Of a DNA stretch of 64,000 nucleotides, positions 1 to 11,232 are shown piece by piece. Within the stretch, counting starts at the first letter, position 1. The number at the start of each line of letters is the position of its first letter. Both the position numbers and the translations under genes were made by a program. The notes below the pieces were generated by a model, which saw only the letters and a list, made by a program, of their open reading frames with translations, was not told the origin of the DNA and ran no database searches. Source of the stretch: Eledone cirrhosa (Eukaryota); assembly GCA_964016885.1 (NCBI GenBank), contig OZ024758.1:15872001-15936000 (forward strand). Direction: 5' to 3'.

Positions 1-475
1 ATCTCTCCCTCTATCTATCTAACTCTCCCATTCTCCCTCCTTCTATCTCTCTCTTCTCCCCCATCACTCTCTATCTATATATCACCATCTCTCTCTCTCG
101 ATTTCTCCCTATCTCTCTCTATCTACCCCCCTCCCCCTCTCTATATATCACTCTCAACCTTCGTTTATCGTCTGCTAAAACCGCATTGTCTATTACGTCA
201 GTCAGACATTAACCTATGGGCGAAAGCATTTATTGCAACTCATTCAGCCACCCGTTTCCCACCCTTTCCTAACAATTCCTCTCTGTTGATATATTTTAAT
301 CCCCTATTATTTTAATTTGTCTTCCTTTCCTCGGATATTCTATTTATTTCTATCACAGTGTGTGTGATTCTCAAACGGAATACATTTAGTTCCCAAAAGA
401 GAAATTTTAGTCGAAGGAGGAATTTAGGTGGATGGGGACCCATTTAATAAAGGAAAGAATATATATATATATATA

Positions 476-691
476 ACGATATTAACAAATGGAAACTATA
501 TTTATAAAACCATATTTATTTCATTATACATATTTCAAGGACACCAAGTTAAATTATGGTGTGCTTTCATCAGACAAAATATAATATAGATCAGTTTTAT
601 AAATAAATATTGACATACCCTTAAAAAAATGCAACCATTAGTGTTAGAAGCTCCCGGATAGTATAAAAATGTTTAAATTAAATATAACCTC

Positions 692-733
<42 letters not shown>

Positions 734-872
734 GAGGTTATATTTAATTTAAAAAAATTTATAACTGATATAAAGCACTCAACATGTTAGTGGAGTAAAT
801 ATACAATATATTAATAAATGGAAACTATATTTATAAAACCATATTTATTTTATTTTACATATTTCAAGGGCA
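476..872 (-). mobile_element. Non-autonomous Penelope-like (pLTR-type) repeat with a truncated second copy
   Basis: About 180 bp homologous to 45139-45320 and bounded by (TA)n. Partial copy at 805-872 stops inside hammerhead stem II. Further fragments near 27555-27600 and 31112-31144. Confidence 0.6.
517..581 (-). ncRNA. Type I hammerhead ribozyme (copy A) in a (TA)n-flanked PLE-derived repeat
   Basis: Reverse complement reads UAUUUUGU-CUGAUGA-AAGcACACCA-loop-UGGUGUcCUU-GAAA-UAUGUAUA/AUGAAAUA. The core and three stems are present, with an AUA cleavage triplet. Homologous copy at 45180-45244. Confidence 0.8.
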
Positions 873-887
873 ATATATATATATATA

Positions 888-1048
888 TAGCTTAAAATGG
901 AGTGAGAATAAGAAGAAATCAAGAACAGGGGGGTCCTCATCAGTTGTCTACTGGGGGTCTCGGATATTCCCCCAGAAGACAACTGATGAGGAAAACTCCA
1001 CCCCACCCCGTTCTTGCTTTCTTCTTATTCTCACTCCATTTTAAGCTA
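888..1048. repeat. Long imperfect inverted repeat (fold-back) abutting (TA)n
   Basis: TAGCTTAAAATGGAGTGAGAATAAGAAGAAA pairs with TTTCTTCTTATTCTCACTCCATTTTAAGCTA. Inner arms contain CTGATGAG and its complement. Confidence 0.85.
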
Positions 1049-1190
1049 CCTTAACTAGCAACTACACAGCCAATCCTATTCTCTCTCTCTATATATATAC
1101 ATACATACACACATACATATACATACATACATATACATACACACACATATATATATACATTCATACACATACATATATATATATATATAT

Positions 1191-1287
1191 ACAAGGTGTT
1201 ACCCCAAAATGTATACATACTTCAACAGCATTCTAATAAATATTGCCTGTATAGGTAATCAAAGTGTGTATACATTTTTGGGGACAC

Positions 1288-1290
<3 letters not shown>
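1191..1290. mobile_element. Tc1/mariner-type MITE (~100 bp)
   Basis: TIR-like ends resembling CAGGGTGTCCCCAAAA in TA context. Related copies at about 5018-5118, 22890-22945 and 25887-25970. Confidence 0.65.
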
Positions 1291-1386
<96 letters not shown>

Positions 1387-2077
1387 TCTGAGAAAATGTA
1401 GAAATCTCAAACGTAGAAAATAAATCACTGGAAACGAACCAGTTCTAATGTCACTCTCACTAATGTCAAACTCTTCAGAATATGAAGACTTTATTTTATT
1501 ATATTATGGTCTCACATTAAAAAACAAACTAGAAATAAAATACGCTTTTAATAATTTATGTTAATAATTCCAATTAGATTATAATTTAAACAGACATAGT
1601 TATGTATATAACTATATACATAACTGTTATACTTTGAGAGGGTCATGTTTGCTAATAAGAAACACACGCACCAGTTGCTTTCACTCTTTTCACTTTTCTT
1701 ATTGGCAACATGACCCTCCCAAAGTATAACAATATTGGTTTCAACACACGGTTTCAGATAAAGAATCTTGCTAAACAAATTCAGAAACGAAATATATACA
1801 TAACCATGTATGTTTAATTACCCTAACGTAAACACAAACTGACTCAAAAACAATGTTATCCACAAACTCAACAAATATTATTTATATACTCTCAGGTCTT
1901 GAATAATCGTTCCCCCACCCCTTGCTTATAAAATTTTGCTAATTTATCTCCGGCGAAATTTTATTGGAAGTGATTCTTATTGAAACAGCAGCTGGAGAAT
2001 CTAGGTTTTAAAAAAATGCCCTAGAAACGCTGTATGTCAATATGGCGCCCCTACGACTCCCCAGGAGTTACGGGTTC

Positions 2078-3927
2078 GTACCGTACTATACCATACCGCA
2101 CCACACCGTATCATACCATACCATACCGTATCATACCATACCATACCGTACCGTACCGTACCACACCATACCGTACCATACCATACCGTACCACACCATA
2201 CCGTACCATACCGTACCACACCATACCGTACCACACCATACCATACCGTACCGTACCACACCATACCGTACCACACCGTATCATACCATACCATACCGTA
2301 CCACACCATACCGTACCACACCATACCATACCGTACCGTACCACACCATACCGTACCACACCGTATCATACCATACCGTACCGTACCGTACCATACCATA
2401 CCGTACCACACCATACCATACCGTACCACACCATACCGTACCACACCATACCGTACCACACCGTATCATACCATACCATACCGTACCACACCATACCGTA
2501 CCACACCGTATCATACCATACCGTACCACACCATACCGTACCACACCATACCATACCGTACCGTACCGTACCACACCATACCATACCGTACCACACCATA
2601 CCGTACCACACCGTATCATACCATACCATACCGTACCACACCATACCGTACCACACCACACCGTATCATACCACACCATACCGTACCACACCATACCGTA
2701 CCACACCGTACCACACCATACCGTACCACACCATACCGTACCACACCATACCGTACCACACCGTATCATACCATACCATACCGTACCATACCATACCGTA
2801 CCACACCATACCGTACCACACCATACCGTACCACACCGTATCATACCATACCATACCGTACCATACCATACCGTACCACACCATACCGTACCACACCATA
2901 CCGTACCACACCGTATCATACCACACCATACCGTACCACACCATACCGTACCACACCGTATCATACCATACCATACCGTACCATACCATACCGTACCACA
3001 CCATACCGTACCACACCATACCGTACCACACCGTATCATACCACACCATACCGTACCACACCATACCGTACCACACCGTATCATACCATACCATACCGTA
3101 CCACACCATACCGTACCACACCGTATCATACCACACCATACCGTACCACACCATACCGTACCACACCATACCGTATCATACCATACCATACCGTACCATA
3201 CCGTACCACACCATACCGTACCACACCGTATCATACCACACCATACCGTACCACACCGTATCATACCACACCATACCGTACCACACCATACCGTACCACA
3301 CCATACCGTACCATACCATACCGTACCACACCACACCATACCGTACCACACCATACCGTACCATACCATACCGTACCACACCATACCGTACCATACCGTA
3401 CCACACCATACCGTACCACACCATACCGTACCATACCATACCGTACCACACCATACCGTACCACACCATACCGTACCATACCATACCGTACCACACCATA
3501 CCGTACCACACCATACCGTACCACACCATACCGTACCACACCACACCATACCACACCATACCGTACCACACCACACCATACCGCACCACACCGTACCGTA
3601 CCGTACCACACCGTACCACACCATACCGTACCATACCATACCGTACCACACCATACCACACCGTATCATACCATACCATACCGCACCACACCGTATCATA
3701 CCATACCATACCGTACCGTACCATACCGTACCATACCATACCGTACCACACCATACCACACCATACCGTACCATACCGTACCACACCATACCGTATCATA
3801 CCGTACCACACCATACCGTACCGTACCATACCATACCGTACCACACCGTACCGTACCACACTATACCGTACCACACCATACCGTACCGTACCACACCATA
3901 CCGTACCGTACCACACCACACCGTACC
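2078..3927. repeat. Pentanucleotide satellite (CCATA/CCGTA/CCACA/TCATA)n, ~1.85 kb
   Basis: Strict 5-bp periodicity read directly. It explains all the YHTIP/VWYGM ORFs. Confidence 0.97.
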
Positions 3928-5164
3928 ATGAAGGAACATCGGCAGTTTGTAAAATCACGTCCAGTCTGCTATAATATATAATACCATATATTGGTATTAT
4001 ATACCAATTGCTAATAACATATTATTGATTTCATTGAACCAGACACAAGGTCAATCTTTTTTTAAGGGATGCATATAGCCAAATAAATCTACTTACAGCA
4101 TTTTGTACTTATTTCATCGATCCCTGTGGGATGAAAGACATTATTGATCCCTGTAAAGCATTCAACTAATTTGTCTATTTCCTATCTCGAGATGAAAAGA
4201 TATAAAAACAACGAAAACAATATTCTTCTAAAGCATTTATGTTTTTTTTTTACACAAAGAGAAGCTAGAGATACACGAACAATATAGGTTGTTTAACCCT
4301 AGGTCAACACTGATCAAACAGCCTTATGCAAGGCCTCCAAAAGAAATTTTGCAAGGCGGTAGTACAAGACCCCTTTGGGGCCTGAAGGAGGCAAAGATTA
4401 TTCTCAAAATGGATGTTGCGTGGTTGCTGTGGGGCCTTTTTATCTCTTGGGCCCCGGAACAAAGAACCTGCTGGACCCCTTCTCATAGGCCCTGGCCTTA
4501 GGATCAAAATTATTCCAGTAATACCATTTTGTCTTTCTAAGAGTATTTATAAATATTTTATCTTAAGATGGTCGGGTGTGATTTTAGGGAGATTTCTAGC
4601 AATGGCCGGGAACCTTTTTTTTTTAGCATTAGAGATGACTTTGTATGTGTTTATGTATGTATGTATGTGTTGAGAAAAATAATGAATTTTTAATTTTATA
4701 GGTTTTTCATGAGGGCGCATAACCTAGTTGTTAGCGTGTTTGACTTGCGATCATAACGTTGTGAGTTCGATTCCTGAAAAGGCGGGATAGAGAACCTTTG
4801 AACATTATCTGTCAGAAATGAAATGTTGGAAATCCGAAAGATAATTACTAATACTAATATAGCGTAACTCATAAAAAATAGAGAGAAAAGAGATTATTAA
4901 AAAATATAATAATTATTATAAGATAAATCCCAGATGAACAGCTGCATGTATTTTGTTGATAACCCATGAAAAGTTGCTTTTTATGACTCTATTTTTTGTT
5001 TTAATTAAATAATTTATACAGGGTGTCTAAAAAAATGTATACACACTTCAACAGCATTTTACTAAATATTGCCTGTACATGTAATCAAAGTGTGTATACA
5101 GTTTTTGGGATACACTGTATATATTATTTAATATACTTGAATATGTTTTAAATATATACATAAA

Positions 5165-5360
5165 TAATTGTTTCTATTTTTGGCACAAGGCCAGCAATTA
5201 TTCCAGTGTATTACTGGTACTTTATTTTATCGACCCCGTAAGGATGAAAGGCAAGGTTAACCTCGGCGGCGGAATATGAACTCAGACCATAAAGGGCCGT
5301 AACTCTTTATTGCAAAGCATGGCGTCCGTCCTTCTACCGATACTGCCAATCAACCGCCCT
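5165..5360 (-). mobile_element. tRNA-derived SINE with Nin/Deu-like core (representative of >20 copies)
   Basis: A/B-box-like TGGCAGTATCGGTAGA...GAGTTCAAATC, core GCCTTTCATCCTTACGGGGTCGATAAAAT and tail AGAAACAATTATT. Other copies include 6244, 13728, 24528, 26555, 35418, 42160, 46740, 49917, 55580, 63230 and 63572. Confidence 0.85.
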
Positions 5361-6605
5361 AATATTACAAATAACATTATATTTAACTTTATATTACTTC
5401 AGAAAGTCCGAACCGTGAATAGAAATATTTGACCTAATTTCAAGCTAGATTAAACAGAAACAATATGGAAGAATGTAACATATATATATATAATCAAATT
5501 TTATTTTATCATGACGTCGTCCTTGTGGCTAAATTATTATTCAGTGTATATTTTTATATTTCTGTAAATAATTTAGCTAAATTATTTATGAAACCAAACA
5601 GTCAGTGTGTTTTACTATATTTTTCTGGCAATATTAGAACAACATGACCCTCCCCAAATATAACAATATGTTTCAACACACGATTTCATATTGTAAAAAA
5701 ACCCTTGCAAAACGAATCCATTAAACGGTCATTAAATGTTCACTGGTCCAAGGGAAGTAACTACAATAAAGACTAGTTTTCTTTATGTACAGGCACTGCC
5801 CAGACTGGGGTGTAGAGTCTGACACTCCCTCCCTTTCCTTTTATTGTTTGATTTTTTTTTGTTTTTCTTCTTTTCATTTTCTTTTTTATTCTCTTTAATA
5901 GTGTGTTTTTGTAATGTATAAAGATTGTATTCTTTCTCATATTTTTGTCGTGTCCTTACACACACAGTCGTATTCTTACACATATACTTACATACACACA
6001 CACCAACCACACAAACATCGATCGTTGCAAGAGTTTAAAGATAAAGAAAATATTTTATTACAGTTGCCTCCCTTGAATTTAAAAAATATTTATTATTTTA
6101 TTTTACAAAGCTGCTTATACAAAAATTAAAACACTAGTAACTAAAAAAAAAAGATAAAGAAGCAAGCAACGGAAGAAAAAGAGAGGTAGAGGGACAAGCA
6201 CTACATCCCAGTGTGAGTGGTGTTTACCTTGAATCGTCATTATTTGGCAGTATCGATAGAGGGTCGGACGCCATGCTTTGCAGCAAAGAGTTACGGCCCT
6301 TTATGGTCTGAGTTCAAATCCTGCCGAGGTTAGCTTTGCCTTTCATCCTCACAGGGGTCGATAAAATGAAGCACCAGTTACACACTGGGGTCGATTTAAT
6401 CGACTTCCTCCTCCCCCCAAAATTGCTGGCCTTGAGCCTAAATCAGAAACCATTATTATTATTTTCATGGCAGTATTGGTAGAGTGTTGGACAACATTCT
6501 TTGCGACATATAGTCCCGACCCTTTAGATTCTGAGTTCAAACTCTGCAAAGGTTAGCTTAGCAGACATGCAACCTCTAAAAACCCAAATAGGGAATACCA
6601 TGAAA

Positions 6606-6995
6606 AAAAGTGCCCAGAAATGGGGAGATTTTACATAATGAAAGCTATACCCATTTTCACAAAAAACAAGGAGACTAGGAGAAATGAGCCAAAACGGGGA
6701 GATGACCCCATCAGATGGGGAGAGTTGACAGGTCTGACCTTGCTTTTTGTCTTTATGAAGTTGATAAAATACAGTACCAGTGTTAGGTGATTTAATACAG
6801 TGATTTAAAAAGTGCCCAGAAATGGGGAGATTTTACATAATGAAAGCTATACCCATTTTCACAAAAAACAAGGAGACTAGGAGAAATGAGCCAAAACGGG
6901 GAGATGACCCCATCAGATGGGGAGAGTTGACAGGTCTGACCTTGCTTTTTGTCTTTATGAAGTTGATAAAATACAGTACCAGTGTTAGGTGATTT
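6606..6995. repeat. Recent direct tandem duplication (~190 bp x2) covering part of a DNA-transposon MITE
   Basis: 6606-6794 matches 6807-6995 by eye. The MITE is related to 21591-21770. Confidence 0.9.
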
Positions 6996-7598
6996 ATATT
7001 TCTGTAAATAATTTAGCTAAATTATTTATGAAACCAAACAGTCAAATATTCTATAATAAAGTAAGAAGCACAGGACTGCGTACGGTTTATAATTTTTTAT
7101 CCCATTAGTAAAATAAGTTGGATTACTTTGAATAAATAATGAATGAATATTACATAATTTATCTACTAAATTTCATGGCTGTTGATTAAATATATTTTGT
7201 TTATTTAAAGATTCACTTCTTTAAAATTTTTGAAATGTCAACACTTCCGGTGGCGATTGCTTAAATAAACATTAATTTTCTGTCACTAATTTTCTCCTAA
7301 TGCAGTTTATATATAATATCATCTTTTTTTTAATGTATCATGGATTACGTTACTGATTACATAAGACAGTGTAACACAGTCTTCGTTCAATTTCTGTGTA
7401 TATTGTCAATTACGATTTTATTTGATGTATCATATCTACATGTATATATACTTGCGTATAATATCAATATACACACTACACATGCTAGCAGAAAACCACC
7501 CGAAGGTTGGTTTTTCTGCTAGTAAATATAACCAAGTGTAGCGTGAAGATATGAAACTAAAGCAATTCAACTGATATTTTTACCAATTTCTTTTCTAG

Positions 7599-7821
7599 CG
7601 AGAATGTATCAGTATCCATGTTGGACAGGCTGGTGTTCAGATGGGCAACTCTTGCTGGGAGTTGTATTGTCTGGAACATGGGATTGAACCTGATGGGAAA
7701 AAAGCTGAAGACCCAAATGCTGAGCGTGTTGACAATTCTTGTAACACCTTCTTTTGTGAAACAGAGAAAAAAATGCATGTACCTCGTGCCGTATTCATTG
7801 ATCTTGAACCTACTGTGATTG
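7599..7821 (+). CDS. TUBA: Alpha-tubulin, coding exon 2 ([28 protein letters not shown]...[13 protein letters not shown])
   Basis: Acceptor ttttctag|CGA and donor G|gtaagt. Alpha-tubulin N-terminus begins at Arg2, consistent with the common metazoan intron directly after the ATG. Confidence 0.95.
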
Positions 7822-7924
7822 GTAAGTAACAGCCCTTGTTCTTTCTCATCATCATCATATCATTAAAATGAGTAACTAATTCTTTGTTCTTGCCGAATAC
7901 TTATTTGGTTCCATTACACATAGA

Positions 7925-8161
7925 CACACACACACACATATATATATATAGGTATATGTATAGGTATATATATAGGTGTATATATATATATAGGTATATA
8001 TATAGGTATACATCTATAGGTATATATATATATATATATAGGTATACATATAGGTATACATCTATAGGTATATATATATATATATATAGGTATACATATA
8101 GGTATACATCTATAGGTATATATATATATATATATAGGTATACATATAGGTATACATCTAT

Positions 8162-8192
<31 letters not shown>

Positions 8193-8599
8193 GGTATACA
8201 TATATAGGTATATATATATATATATATATATATAGGTATACATATATAGGTATATATACATATAGGTATAGATGTATATATATATATAGGTATATAGGTA
8301 TACATATATAGGTATATATATAGGTATATATATAGGTATATATGTATATATATATATATATAGGTATACATATATAGGTATATATATATATATAGGTATA
8401 TATATATATATAGGTATACATATATAGGTATAGGTATATATATATAGGTATATATGTATACATATATAGGTATATATGTATACATATATAGGTATACATG
8501 TATACATATATAGGTATACATATATACATATATAGGTATACATATATAGGTATACATATATAGGTATATATATATAGGTATATATGTATATACATATAT

Positions 8600-8648
<49 letters not shown>
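7925..8648. repeat. Compound (TA)n microsatellite with TATAGG interruptions
   Basis: Read directly. A similar array lies at 10322-10795. Confidence 0.95.
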
Positions 8649-8649
<1 letters not shown>

Positions 8650-10321
8650 CGTTTCTGAATTTGTTTAACAAGATTCTTTATCTGAAAACGTGTGTTGAAA
8701 CCGATATTGTTATACTTTGGCATGTTGGTAGAGTACAGATGATTCTTTACTATCTTGAAGGTCTCGCCAGTGTTCTTTATCAGTTCCCCTATACTACGAG
8801 CTGTCTCACCTATGTACACTATATTCTTATCTCTACATTGTCCTTCAGTACATCTTATGCTATATACTACATTTCTAGTTTTACAGTTAATATGGGGTCT
8901 TAATTTACAGATTATACATTTCTTATCTATACAGGGGAGGTATTTGAAAAGGGTATGTATTGCTAATAAGTATTTTTATGGAGGTACCTGGTCTTTCTAC
9001 TATCTTAATATTGAGTTTATGTTTATCTAGGGCCCTTCTAAATTTGTAAGCTAATTCACCTCTAGGGGTTGTATCGGTGAATATTACACTCTGGTATTTA
9101 TTGCTATCATACCATCAGTTTATTCTATTAACCTTATTCCTAGTTCTTTCTATTCTATTCCAAAATTTGCTCCTATACAAGGGGCAGGTCCCATTTGTGT
9201 CATTATTTACCATTTTTTCCCATTTGGTTCTGGCTCCTCTATACACTCTGATTTTATCTCTCTGATTGTAACCAGAGAACTGCATACGGTGGATGAAGTG
9301 TTGTATGTGTCTCTCTAGTTCTTTGGGGTTGCACATGCGGGACACGTTTCTCATCACCCGTACCAAATCTGCAATCAGTATGTTGATTTTGGTACGGTCC
9401 GAAACAGCTGAGTTTCGGTGGATCAGATATTTGGAAGTCATGGGTTTGGCATAATGGGAATGGAGGATTTGATTTTTGTTGTTAATGGTATCTAACCAGA
9501 GCTCTGTGTCTAGTACAGGTAATCGATGGTTGGGGTGTTTGCTTGGGTAGTCTATAGTAACTCTAATACTCTGGTGGATGGAGTTAGCTATTTGCTGGAT
9601 GCTTTCCATTGTTTTTCTCTAATTCCTGACTGTTCTCTAGTGGGGGTGTTTTTACTACGATGTTTATATCATCAACGTAGCGGGAGTACATTATCAGGGT
9701 TAAGGGGTCTTCTAATTGTTCTTTAAGTTTAAGTCTACTGTCCCACCATACCATGAATAGGTAACTATGTCGCCTGCAATGCTAACACCAATGGCTGCTC
9801 CCTCCTCTTGGGCATATGTTTTTCCATTAAATTTGAACATATGTTCCTTAAGGGTTAATTTTATGCTGGCCCCCACCGCATGTGCAATCATTTTCTTTAG
9901 TTCATCGTGGTTTTCGGGGGTCCGTATGGCTCTGGTCCACCCGTTCCATCTATCTGTGTGGATTTTCTTGGCCATTGAAGTAATGGTAGGTGGTCTGCCT
10001 CTTGCTGGTCTTGTAGGGCACAGGTTGCTAAGGCCATATGTGTCTAGATAATTATTACTATAGGTAAGTTTAAGTAGGAGTCCCAGCTCACTGGTATCAA
10101 TCCCATGGAATTCAACATTGCTCTCACTGATCATTTCTACGCATTTCTCCACAGCAAAATCCACGTCAATAGATGGATACAGGGATGCAACATCCATACT
10201 ACCTATTATGCAGTTTGTTAGGTCCCTAGATCGGTTACTCTCGCCGATTCTGCTGAGGAGGTCCTCCGTGCTGTCACATACATCTGGGGACATTTCAATG
10301 ATGGGGCGTATATTTCAATGA
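8649..10321 (-). mobile_element. Decayed, 5'-truncated Penelope-like retroelement (RT + C-terminal GIY-YIG), Naiad/Neptune-type, in the tubulin intron
   Basis: Minus-strand translation across frameshifts gives [40 protein letters not shown] (~9668-9685), [18 protein letters not shown] and [12 protein letters not shown]...C...YIGETARS...EH. At least three frameshifts and one in-frame TGA. Confidence 0.92.
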
Positions 10322-10323
10322 TA

Positions 10324-10357
<34 letters not shown>

Positions 10358-10476
10358 CATATATATAGGTATATATATAGGTGTATATATATATAGGCAT
10401 ATATATAGGTGTATATATATATAGGCATATATATAGGTGTATATATATATAGGCATATATATAGGTATATATATAG

Positions 10477-10553
<77 letters not shown>

Positions 10554-10740
10554 TATATATATATATATATATATATGCCTATATATATATATATATATAT
10601 AGGTACATATATATATATATATATGCCTATATATATATAGGTACATATATATATAGGTACGTATATATATATATATGCCTATATATATATAGGTACATAT
10701 ATATATAGGTACGTATATATATATAGGTACGTATATATAT

Positions 10741-10775
<35 letters not shown>

Positions 10776-10795
10776 TATATATATATATATATATC
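10322..10795. repeat. Compound (TA)n microsatellite with TAGG/GCCT interruptions
   Basis: Read directly. Flanks the 5' end of the PLE. Confidence 0.95.
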
Positions 10796-11232
10796 ATCAT
10801 TATCATCATCACCATTTTATGCCTACTTTTCAATGCTTGCATGGGTTAGACAGGTCGTCCGCATTGAGAGACAAGACTTCCCAGGATTCACCACGCCATA
10901 CTTTGCTCCGATGGGACTGTAAATTTGGCCGGGGGTTGAGCAAAATTGTTTCCTTGGTCCTATTTGACAAGGTCCACCCCACTTGGCAAGTGAATGAGGC
11001 CTGGGATTTTGTCAATCAATCGAGCAAGAGAGCAATTTCTCCTTTGCGTTATACCAACTTTCCCAGAACAATCATAATGGGTATCTTTATATTAGAGGCT
11101 GTATTTTAACTCTTATTATTCTGTAACCATTTAGTAGAAAATATTTAAAAACAATCATTAATTCAAATATTTTTAGTATATTATAACCACATATCTAATT
11201 TTATTTTATTTTATTTTATTTTATTTTCACAG

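Noticed and set aside
1440-1490. CTGAAGA on the - strand as a hammerhead core
   Set aside because: No correctly placed GAAA and no convincing stems.
2034-3974. 646-aa and 629-aa ORFs and their antisense counterparts
   Set aside because: They are products of a stop-free pentamer satellite, open in most frames, with no splice or domain evidence.
1-7598. Search for the tubulin ATG-only first exon
   Set aside because: The ATGGT occurrences I found (near 556, 1506, 4568 and 6303) lack a good donor consensus and mostly lie in repeats. The exon is probably upstream of the window.
7884-8660. YIYI-rich ORFs here and at 10218-10842 and 45671-46139
   Set aside because: Translations of (TA)n and (CA)n microsatellites.
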